The notes below the pieces were generated by a model. The model ran no database searches and was not told the origin of the DNA. It saw only the letters and a program-made list of their open reading frames with translations. This document shows, one piece after another, positions 37,110-44,499 of a DNA stretch of 64,000 nt. The stretch comes from Gemmatimonadota bacterium. Lineage in GTDB: Bacteria > Gemmatimonadota > Gemmatimonadetes > Gemmatimonadales > GWC2-71-9. The number at the start of each line of letters is the position of its first letter. The stretch's first letter is position 1. Location of the stretch: contig JBGPDL010000003.1 in assembly GCA_041482275.1 (NCBI GenBank), forward strand, positions 10,962-74,961, read 5' to 3'. The translations under genes and the position numbers were made by a program.

Positions 37110-38993
37110 GTGCGAACGCTCGGCCTGCTGCTCGTGAGCATCATGACCGGATGCGCGGTGCCCCCCATCGGGTCCGCGCCCGCGCCCCGCGGCGCGCCGG
37201 CCGCGCCGCCGCCCGACTCGCTGCGTGTTGCCGTCGTGTATCCCGCCGCCACCGACGTGATTCAGTCGCACGACTCCGCCTTCTTGTTCGGCGCGGTCCG
37301 CGGCGGCACCGCGCCGGGGTCCGCGAGCCTCGCGATCGACGGCCGTCCCGTCCCGGTGCTCGCGAACGGCGCCTGGATTGCCTGGCTGCCGCTGCCCGCC
37401 GATACGGTGGCGCAATTCCACATCGTGGCGCGTGTCGGCCCCGATTCGGCCGCGATGCTCTTCACGGCGCGCGTCGCGCCCCAATTCCGGCCGCCGCCCG
37501 GGCGGGCGGTGTGGATCGACACGACGAGCTTCCTGCCCTCCGGGAGCCTGGCGCTGCCGGTCGGAGAAGGCGTGACTTTGAGTGTGCACGCCGCGCCGCA
37601 GGCCTCCGTGCGGCTAGTGCTGCCGTGGGGCGCGAGCATCCCGCTCGTCCCCGACACGCTGCCCGCCGAGCCGGCTTGGGGCGTCCGCGCCTTCGCGCTC
37701 GATAGCGCGGGCTATCGCCAGGCGCCCGCCGCGGGGCGCTACGTGGGCTGGCTGCCGGCGGCGGTGTTGTGCACGGACGGCCGCACCGGCTGCGCGCGTC
37801 TGGTGGTGGTCGCGGGCGGCGACACCGCGACCGCGCTCTGGCCGCTCAGCGTGAGCGTTCTGGATACGACCTTCCCCAGCGTGGTGGCGCTGAACGACGA
37901 CACGGCGCACACCGGCACCACCGACAGCCTGACTCCTGGGCGCGCCGTGCCACACGGCACGTACAACTGGTTTTTCCCCACGGGGACCGTGGCCGTGCTC
38001 TCGGGCCGCTGGAACGATCAGGCGCGGCTCCATCTGTCGCGCGCCGCCGTCGCCTGGGTCAACACGGCGGACGTCGTGCCGCTCCCATCCGGCACGCCGC
38101 CACCGGGCGGCGTGGTGGGCTCGGTGCGCCTCGTGTCGGGGCCCCGATCCATCACGCTGCGCGTGCCGCTTCCCGCCAGGCTGCCGTTCCAGGTCGAGGA
38201 GCGCGAGCGCCAGCTCACGCTGCGCGTCTACGGCGGCGCGGCCGACATCAACTGGATGCAATACGGGGGCACCGATCCGCTGGTGGCGCGTCTGAGCTAC
38301 GCCCAGGTCGTTGCGGACGAGGTGACGATCACGGTCGAGCTGACGCGGCGCGTGTGGGGATACCGCGTGCGGTTCGACGGTCGGGACCTGCTGCTTGAGA
38401 TCCGCCGGCCGCCCGAGATCGATGTCGCGCGCCCGCTCGAGGGTCGCACCGTCGTGCTCGATGCGGGTCACCCACCGCTCGGTGCCACGGGGCCGACCGG
38501 TCTGTGGGAGCCCGTCGCGACGCTGGCCGTGGCGCTCAAGGCCAAGACCCTGCTCGAGCGCGCGGGTGCCACGGTGCTCCTGACGCGCACCGACTCAACG
38601 CCGCTCGAGCTGTATCCTCGGACCCGGTTCGCGGAGCTGCACGATGCCGACGTGCTCGTCTCCATTCACGCGAACGCCCTGCCCGACGGCGTGAACCCGT
38701 TCACCAACAGCGGGACCAGCGTGTACTACTTCCAGCCGCGCAGCGCGCCGCTGGCCCGTGCCCTCGACCGGGCGCTGGTCGCCGAGCTCGGCGTGCGGGA
38801 CTTGGGCATGGGTCGAGGCGACTACGCGCTGGCCCGTCCCACTTGGATGCCGGCGGCACTCACCGAGGGGTTGTTCATCATGCTACCCGAGCAGGAAGCG
38901 ATGCTCGCGAGCGACGAGGGACAGTGGCGCTACGCTCGGGGCGTGGTGCAGGGGATCGAGAACTTCCTGCGCGAGCGGGCACGGGAGCCGTGA
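37110..38993 (+). CDS. N-acetylmuramoyl-L-alanine amidase (Amidase_3) lipoprotein with large N-terminal domain
   Basis: Lipobox IMTGC. C-terminal VVLDAGHPP..., SIHANA and LTEGLF blocks of the AmiA/B/C family. Confidence 0.85.
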   Translation: MRTLGLLLVSIMTGCAVPPIGSAPAPRGAPAAPPPDSLRVAVVYPAATDVIQSHDSAFLFGAVRGGTAPGSASLAIDGRPVPVLANGAWIAWLPLPADTVAQFHIVARVGPDSAAMLFTARVAPQFRPPPGRAVWIDTTSFLPSGSLALPVGEGVTLSVHAAPQASVRLVLPWGASIPLVPDTLPAEPAWGVRAFALDSAGYRQAPAAGRYVGWLPAAVLCTDGRTGCARLVVVAGGDTATALWPLSVSVLDTTFPSVVALNDDTAHTGTTDSLTPGRAVPHGTYNWFFPTGTVAVLSGRWNDQARLHLSRAAVAWVNTADVVPLPSGTPPPGGVVGSVRLVSGPRSITLRVPLPARLPFQVEERERQLTLRVYGGAADINWMQYGGTDPLVARLSYAQVVADEVTITVELTRRVWGYRVRFDGRDLLLEIRRPPEIDVARPLEGRTVVLDAGHPPLGATGPTGLWEPVATLAVALKAKTLLERAGATVLLTRTDSTPLELYPRTRFAELHDADVLVSIHANALPDGVNPFTNSGTSVYYFQPRSAPLARALDRALVAELGVRDLGMGRGDYALARPTWMPAALTEGLFIMLPEQEAMLASDEGQWRYARGVVQGIENFLRERAREP

Positions 38994-38995
38994 CG

Positions 38996-39101
38996 ACAAT
39001 GCGGAATGCGGGATGCGGAATGCGGAATTGCAGGGGAAAGTCTGGCCTGCGACTTGACCTTTCACTGACATTCCGCATTCCGTACTCCGCATTCCACATT
39101 C
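38996..39101. repeat. Heptamer-palindrome intergenic repeat, copy 2 (long form)
   Basis: Left arm ACAATGCGGAATGCGGGATGCGGAATGCGGAATTG, loop of about 34 nt, right arm ACATTCCGCATTCCGTACTCCGCATTCCACATTC. By hand alignment about 29 of 36 arm positions are complementary. Confidence 0.85.
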
Positions 39102-39112
39102 TTCTGCTCGCC

Positions 39113-41875
39113 ATGCTGGCCGGGCGTTGCGACGCTCAAGTTGATCCCTCCGGCTCCTGGCGCACCCTCCACACCCCCCACTTCCGGATTCATTTCCGGC
39201 CCGCGTACCGCGAAACCGCCTTGCGCCAGGCGCGCGAAGCGGAGCGGTCCTACGGGCTGCTCGCCACCGAGCTGCACCCGCCGCGCGGCGTGGTGGACAT
39301 CACCCTGGCAGACGACATCGACGCCGCGAACGGGTTCACGACGGTCTTTCCCACCAGCCGCATCGCGATCTACGCGGCGCCGCCCGCGGGCGATCACGGA
39401 CTGCTGTTGTTCGATGACTGGCTCCGGTTGGTCACCACCCACGAGCTGACGCACGTGTTTCACCTCGACCGCTCGACCGGCATCTGGGGCGGGTTGCAGC
39501 GCGTGTTCGGGCGTGTCCCGGGGTTGTTTCCCAACGAGTACCAGCCGAGCTGGGTGATCGAGGGGCTGGCGACGTATTACGAGTCTCGGTTCACCAACGG
39601 CGGGCGGGTGCGGGGGAGCTTTCACACGCAGTTGCTGGCTGCGGACCACGCGGCGGACGCGTCGCGGTCGCCGTGGGACGCGACGTTGTTCACACGCTGG
39701 CCCGACGGTCTCATCCCCTACGCGTACGGGAGCCGCTTCTTCCACTATCTGGCCGGAGCGGTGGGCGATTCCGTCGTGCCGCGTTTCGTCGAAGCCACCT
39801 CGGCGCAGCTCATCCCGTTTCGGGTGGGGCGACAGGTGTCGCGCGTGGCTGGCGGGCGCCCCCTGGCACAGGAGTGGCGGCACGGCACCGAGCCCGCTCT
39901 CGCCCCCGGCTCGGCCGCCGCTCCCTCCGCACTCACGATCGACAGCCTGTTGCGAACGATGCCCGTGCCGCGCGTGTCGCTCGACAGACGCCGAATCGCA
40001 TACGTGCGGGACGACGGCAAGGGCGCGCTCGAGCTGCGCGTGCTCGACGCCGCGACGCTCCGTCCGCTCGCCGCCCACCGGGTGAACGGGGGCGTGGGCT
40101 ACGATTGGCTCGGCGACACGCTGCTGGTGGTGCAGCTCGACTTCACCTCGCGGTGGCGGATCCGGAGTGATTTGTATCGCTGGGTGCCGGGGCATGCGTG
40201 GCGCCGGGCGACGCACGGCGCCCGGCTGGTCGCACCTGCGGCAGGCGGCGGGCGGGTGACAGCGATCGCGCTCGGCGCCGGGTCTGCTCTGCCGACCATT
40301 CCGACGCCCGGGAATGGAGCCGACGCGGTGTGGGAGGATGTAACGCCCTCGCCCGACGGTCGCTGGGTAGCGGGCAGCCGCATCGCCGCGGGCCGGCGCG
40401 CGGTCGTGCTCTGGCCCGCCGATTCGGTCGCGGCAGCGGCGGTACTGTTCGAGACGCGCGGTAGCATCGCCGACCTGGTGTGGACGGTAGACGGCGAGCT
40501 GTGGTTCGTCGCCGACCCGACGGGGTTCCCCCAGATATACCGCTGGACCGATGCCGGTGCCGCCCAACTCCTCAGCGCCGTGCCGTTGGGTGCCCGCGCG
40601 CCGGCCGCCCTCGCCGACGGCACGCTGTTGTACGCCACGCTCACGGCGCGGGGGTGGGAGCTGTGTCGCGGGCCGGCCCTCGCCGCCGGCCCGCTGATTG
40701 CGTTCCCGGCACCGCTGCCGTTCGACTCCGCTCCCGCCATCCCCGTGCGCGAAACCGGCTACACCATGTGGCCCTCGCTGTTGCCGCATTTCTGGATTCC
40801 ACTGTTTGTCGATGCCGGGCCGTCGGGACGGTTTTTCGGTGCGGTGACGGCGGGCGGCGACGCGGTGGGCCGGTTCCAGTACGTCGCCGACGGGTTCGTG
40901 GCGCTGCGCCCGTTCCGGGCGGCGGGCGGTGTGGCGCTCGTGACGGACGCGCTCGGCAACCCGCGGCTCGATCTCGCCCTGTCGAGCGGCTGGCTCGACC
41001 TGCTGCCGCCGCCCGCCGCGAACGCTCCGACCCTCTCCGAGCTCGATCAGGATGCGAGTTTCGGCGTGTCGTTCGTGACCCGTCGCTGGCGCCGCGCCGC
41101 CAGTCTGCGCCTCGCCGCGGATTGGCAGGGCACGCATTTCGCATCGATCCCCGATACGGCGCTCGCGGTTGTGTGTCCTGGATGCGTGCCTCAGGATCTG
41201 ATCGGAGGGTCAGCAACGCTGACGGTGTCGCACGTCGTCAGCGCGCCGCTCGCCATCTCGCCCGAGGACGGGTTTCTCTGGACCTTCCGGTTCCGCCGGT
41301 GGGAGGAGCAGGGGACGTCGCGTTGGTCCAACGAGGTGCGGGGACGGCTCGGCCTGTATGCGCACGTGCCGGGCCCCGGCGGCTTCGCCCACCACGTCCT
41401 GGCGTTGCGCTTCGCGGCCGGCGGGCTCAGCGGGTCCCTCGGCTCGCAATACCGGATCGGCGGCGTGTCGTCGGGAGCCGTGGGCGTCGCGCTCGGTCAG
41501 TCGTTGGGCGGGTCGCGCGACTTCCCGGTGCGCGGCTACCGCGCCGGCGAGCTGGCCGGTCCGCGCGCCGCCACCGCGAGCGCCGAGTACCGCATCCCGC
41601 TCGCGCTGGTCGGGCGCGCGCTCGGCCACTTGCCGGTAGGCGCCGACAAGCTGTGGCTCAACCTGTTCGCGGATGCGGGCGACGCCTGGGCGCCTGGGGC
41701 GTCGCCCCGGCTGACCCGGCTCCGCGCCGCCGGACTTGAGCTCGCGGGCGACCTGGCCGTGAGCTACGACTTCCTCCTGACGGTGCGGCTCGGCGTCGCC
41801 GCCCCGCTCGCCGATCCGCCGTCGGGCGCCGCACGGCGGCCCCGCGTCTACGTCGCGTTGGCCTCCGACTTCTGA
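39113..41875 (+). CDS. Outer-membrane protein: gluzincin (HEXXH+E) domain, beta-propeller-like middle region, C-terminal beta-barrel ending in Phe
   Basis: THELTHVFH ... VIEGLATYYE (MA-clan pattern). TolB-like repeats (SPDGRWVA...). C-terminal alternating hydrophobic strands end in ALASDF. Start is ambiguous (ATG 39113, 39020 or 38999; GTG 38990). Confidence 0.65.
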   Translation: MLAGRCDAQVDPSGSWRTLHTPHFRIHFRPAYRETALRQAREAERSYGLLATELHPPRGVVDITLADDIDAANGFTTVFPTSRIAIYAAPPAGDHGLLLFDDWLRLVTTHELTHVFHLDRSTGIWGGLQRVFGRVPGLFPNEYQPSWVIEGLATYYESRFTNGGRVRGSFHTQLLAADHAADASRSPWDATLFTRWPDGLIPYAYGSRFFHYLAGAVGDSVVPRFVEATSAQLIPFRVGRQVSRVAGGRPLAQEWRHGTEPALAPGSAAAPSALTIDSLLRTMPVPRVSLDRRRIAYVRDDGKGALELRVLDAATLRPLAAHRVNGGVGYDWLGDTLLVVQLDFTSRWRIRSDLYRWVPGHAWRRATHGARLVAPAAGGGRVTAIALGAGSALPTIPTPGNGADAVWEDVTPSPDGRWVAGSRIAAGRRAVVLWPADSVAAAAVLFETRGSIADLVWTVDGELWFVADPTGFPQIYRWTDAGAAQLLSAVPLGARAPAALADGTLLYATLTARGWELCRGPALAAGPLIAFPAPLPFDSAPAIPVRETGYTMWPSLLPHFWIPLFVDAGPSGRFFGAVTAGGDAVGRFQYVADGFVALRPFRAAGGVALVTDALGNPRLDLALSSGWLDLLPPPAANAPTLSELDQDASFGVSFVTRRWRRAASLRLAADWQGTHFASIPDTALAVVCPGCVPQDLIGGSATLTVSHVVSAPLAISPEDGFLWTFRFRRWEEQGTSRWSNEVRGRLGLYAHVPGPGGFAHHVLALRFAAGGLSGSLGSQYRIGGVSSGAVGVALGQSLGGSRDFPVRGYRAGELAGPRAATASAEYRIPLALVGRALGHLPVGADKLWLNLFADAGDAWAPGASPRLTRLRAAGLELAGDLAVSYDFLLTVRLGVAAPLADPPSGAARRPRVYVALASDF

Positions 41876-41897
41876 ACCTGTCGCACATCGCCGCGAG

Positions 41898-41927
41898 TTG
41901 ACACTCCCTCCGGCGCGTCCCTAAGTT
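41898..41927 (+). promoter_or_regulatory. Candidate promoter of the Ser/Thr kinase gene (TTGACA-N18-TAAGTT)
   Basis: Consensus -35 read directly from the sequence. GGAGAA RBS at 41941 and ATG at 41950. Confidence 0.45.
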
Positions 41928-41949
41928 TCCGCGACCCCTCGGAGAATTG

Positions 41950-43827
41950 ATGTACTGCTCCCGCTGCGGTACCCAGAACGACGACACCAGTAAGTTCTGC
42001 CGGTCCTGCGGGCTGGACCTGACCGCCACCACTCCCACCGGCGCGGCTCGCGAGCAGCAATCCGAGATGACGGAGCTCGATCTCGTGCGGGATCAGTTGA
42101 AGGACGAGTACGAGATTCTCGAGGAGTTGGGCCGGGGCGGCATGGCGATCGTCTTCAAGGCGCGTGAGAAACAGCTCGAGCGCGACGTCGCCATCAAAGT
42201 GCTGCCGTTCTCCCTTGCGTTCGACAAGGAGTTCGTCGAGCGCTTCCAGCGGGAGGCCCGCACCTCGGCCAAGCTCGAGCACCCCGGCATCATCCCGATC
42301 TACCGCGTCGGCAAGTCCGGCCGGGTGATCTACTTCGTCATGAAATTCCTGCGCGGCAAGCCGCTCTCCTCGGTGCTCGCCGCGCGCGGGACCTTACCAC
42401 CCGCCGAGATCCGGCTGGTCCTGGTCCAGGTCACGCGGGCGCTCGCCTACGCGCACAAGAGCGGCATCGTGCACCGCGACATCAAGCCCGACAACATCAT
42501 GTTCGACGAGCATGGGCAGGCGGTCGTCACGGACTTCGGCATCGCGAAGGCGGCCTCGGGCGGCAAGCTCACGGGCACCGGCATGTCGATTGGGACGCCG
42601 CACTACATGAGTCCCGAGCAGGCACGCGCGCAATCGCTCGATGGGCGCTCCGACGTCTACTCGCTCGGCGTCGTCGCGTATCAATGCCTCACGGGGCGTG
42701 TGCCGTTCGACGGCGATGACTCGTTCTCGATCGGCTACAAGCACATCATGGAGGAGATCCCGCCTCCGCCGCTCGAGACCTACGATCAACGCACGCTGTT
42801 CGAGATCATCAAGAGGATGATGGCCAAGTCTCCCGACGACCGGTTCCAGAGCGCCGAAGAGCTCGCCCAGGCGCTGGAGGCGGGCGGCGCCTTCGCCGCC
42901 GTGGGACTCGCCACCGCGCCCACCAAGGCGATCCCGTCCCTCGCGGGGGTGCGTCTCGCCGGCGCGCCCACCACGCCGTTGCCGCGCGTCTCTGGCAAGC
43001 CGGGCGCGGGGGAGGAGCACAAACGGTCCGTCGCGGCCGGCATCGCGCTGTGGGTGGTGGTCGTCGCGATCGGCTTGGGCGGCCCCGGGCTGTACGCCTA
43101 CAAGAAGGGGTTGTTGTTCTTCCCGCGCGTGGCCCCGGGCGATTCCGCCCGGGCCACCCTGCGCGATACGCTTGCCCAGCGCCTCCTGGGCGATACCGGG
43201 GCCTCCCTCGCGGACACGGCGCCCGCCGCCGTTGGGCGCCCGGCCGACACGACCCGCCCGCATCCGGTCGCCCCCGGGACCCCCGGCCGGCTGACCCTCC
43301 AGGGACTGCCGCAGGGCGCTCACATCACCCTCAACGGGTTGCCGTTCCGAGGGCCCCAAGGCGACGTGCCCCCCGGTACCTACCAGCTCGCGGTGCGCGC
43401 CACCGGATTCGCTCCATACGACCGCTTGATCGTCATCACGCCCGGCGCGCCGTCCACCGTCAAGCTCGACCTGCAACCGGCGTCGGCTGGGGGAGAGCCG
43501 GGCGACGCGGGCGGGCCGTGCGACACCTACGGCCCGGCGTACAACCAGGACCACATGTGCTGGGACGCCCGGCCCGTGCCGCTGTCGTCCACGCTGATAC
43601 CGGTGCCGGCCGACGCGAGCGTGTTCCCGCGCCCGGCCATTCTCCTGGTGCACGTCTCTCGCGATGGCGAAACGATGGAAGCACGCCTGTACTCGCGCTC
43701 GAACATCGACACGTTCAACGATCAGGCGATGGACATCGCCAAGAACCTGCGGTGGAACCCGGCGCAGAAGAACGGCGAGCCGGTGGACGCGTGGGTGCAG
43801 TGGCCGTTCCAGCCGGTGAGGCGATAA
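41950..43827 (+). CDS. Ser/Thr protein kinase with N-terminal zinc ribbon, TM helix, PEGA-like and TonB_C-like C-terminal domains
   Basis: CSRCG..CRSCG ribbon. Complete kinase core (GRGGMAIVF, VAIKV, HRDIKPDN, DFGIAK, GTPHYMSPE). C-terminal DTFNDQAMDIAKNLRWNPAQKNGEPVDAWVQWPF resembles TonB_C. Confidence 0.85.
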   Translation: MYCSRCGTQNDDTSKFCRSCGLDLTATTPTGAAREQQSEMTELDLVRDQLKDEYEILEELGRGGMAIVFKAREKQLERDVAIKVLPFSLAFDKEFVERFQREARTSAKLEHPGIIPIYRVGKSGRVIYFVMKFLRGKPLSSVLAARGTLPPAEIRLVLVQVTRALAYAHKSGIVHRDIKPDNIMFDEHGQAVVTDFGIAKAASGGKLTGTGMSIGTPHYMSPEQARAQSLDGRSDVYSLGVVAYQCLTGRVPFDGDDSFSIGYKHIMEEIPPPPLETYDQRTLFEIIKRMMAKSPDDRFQSAEELAQALEAGGAFAAVGLATAPTKAIPSLAGVRLAGAPTTPLPRVSGKPGAGEEHKRSVAAGIALWVVVVAIGLGGPGLYAYKKGLLFFPRVAPGDSARATLRDTLAQRLLGDTGASLADTAPAAVGRPADTTRPHPVAPGTPGRLTLQGLPQGAHITLNGLPFRGPQGDVPPGTYQLAVRATGFAPYDRLIVITPGAPSTVKLDLQPASAGGEPGDAGGPCDTYGPAYNQDHMCWDARPVPLSSTLIPVPADASVFPRPAILLVHVSRDGETMEARLYSRSNIDTFNDQAMDIAKNLRWNPAQKNGEPVDAWVQWPFQPVRR

Positions 43828-44333
43828 TCGACATCCATCCGACCGCCTTCATCGCCCCCGGCGCGGTGGTGCTGGGAGACGTGACGCTGGGCGCGCGCGC
43901 CAGCGTGTGGTACGGCGCCGTGCTGCGCGGCGACGTGGACGCGATTGTGGTCGGCGAGGCCAGCAACATTCAGGACGGCACCGTCGTCCACGTCGACCAA
44001 GGGCTGCCGACGCGCATCGGGGCGCGGGTCGGGGTGGGGCATCGAGCCATTCTCCACGGCTGCACCGTCGAGGACGACTGCCTGATCGGCATGGGCAGCG
44101 TGTTGCTGAACGGTGTGCACATCGGGACGGGCAGTGTCGTGGCAGCCGGCGCCGTCGTGCCGGAAGGCACGAACGTACCGCCCGGCTCGCTCGTGGTCGG
44201 CGTGCCGGCGCGCGTCACCCGTCGGGTGGACGACGCGCTGCGGGAGCGGATCTGCGAGACCTGGCAGCATTATGTGGCCGAGGCAGAGCGGCACCGCAAC
44301 GGTGCCTTCCCACTTGCAGGAACACGTTTGTGA
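43800..44333 (+). CDS. Gamma-class carbonic anhydrase / hexapeptide-repeat (YrdA/PaaY-like) protein
   Basis: IHPTAFIAPGAVVLGDV, SVWYGAVLRGD and NIQDGTVVH left-handed beta-helix repeats. Start uncertain (GTG at 43800 or 43791) and overlaps the kinase 3' end. Confidence 0.8.
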   Translation: MAVPAGEAIIDIHPTAFIAPGAVVLGDVTLGARASVWYGAVLRGDVDAIVVGEASNIQDGTVVHVDQGLPTRIGARVGVGHRAILHGCTVEDDCLIGMGSVLLNGVHIGTGSVVAAGAVVPEGTNVPPGSLVVGVPARVTRRVDDALRERICETWQHYVAEAERHRNGAFPLAGTRL

Positions 44334-44378
44334 TGTGAATTGTTGAACGTGCTGTGAAGCCGCGGCTCTCGCGAGGTG

Positions 44379-44407
44379 TTGCCCCGACGTCCTGACGGGC
44401 CTACCTT
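44379..44407 (+). promoter_or_regulatory. Candidate nrdJ promoter (TTGCCC-N17-TACCTT)
   Basis: Hexamers read directly from the sequence. Predicts a leader of about 86 nt. Confidence 0.35.
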
Positions 44408-44464
44408 GCCCCTCCGCGCCTTTTTTGATCCGCGCGCCGTTAAATTCACACCTACCACACGTTT

Positions 44465-44480
44465 GGTGAGCAAGCTCACC
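44465..44480. promoter_or_regulatory. 16-bp palindrome GGTGAGC-AA-GCTCACC in the nrdJ leader
   Basis: Perfect 7-bp arms read directly from the sequence, 20 nt upstream of the nrdJ ATG. Confidence 0.3.
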
Positions 44481-44499
44481 TCCGCGAGGGCCGAGCCGC

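Noticed and set aside
39031-39048. GGGGAAAGTCTGGCC resembling the RNase P RNA GGAAAGUCCGG core
   Set aside because: It sits in the loop of repeat copy 2. The flanking sequence lacks the other conserved RNase P helices, and the available non-coding space is far too short.
38504-39112. 5' extension of the 1123-aa ORF (38504..41875) across the amidase 3' end
   Set aside because: The extension overlaps the well-supported amidase gene in another frame and runs through the intergenic repeat. Only the part from about 39020/39113 onward has protein-like features.
44334-44499. Cobalamin riboswitch upstream of the B12-dependent nrdJ
   Set aside because: The region is too short and I see no B12-box (GCCACUG-like) or the multi-stem architecture. 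B12 riboswitches usually repress B12-independent isozymes or transporters rather than nrdJ.
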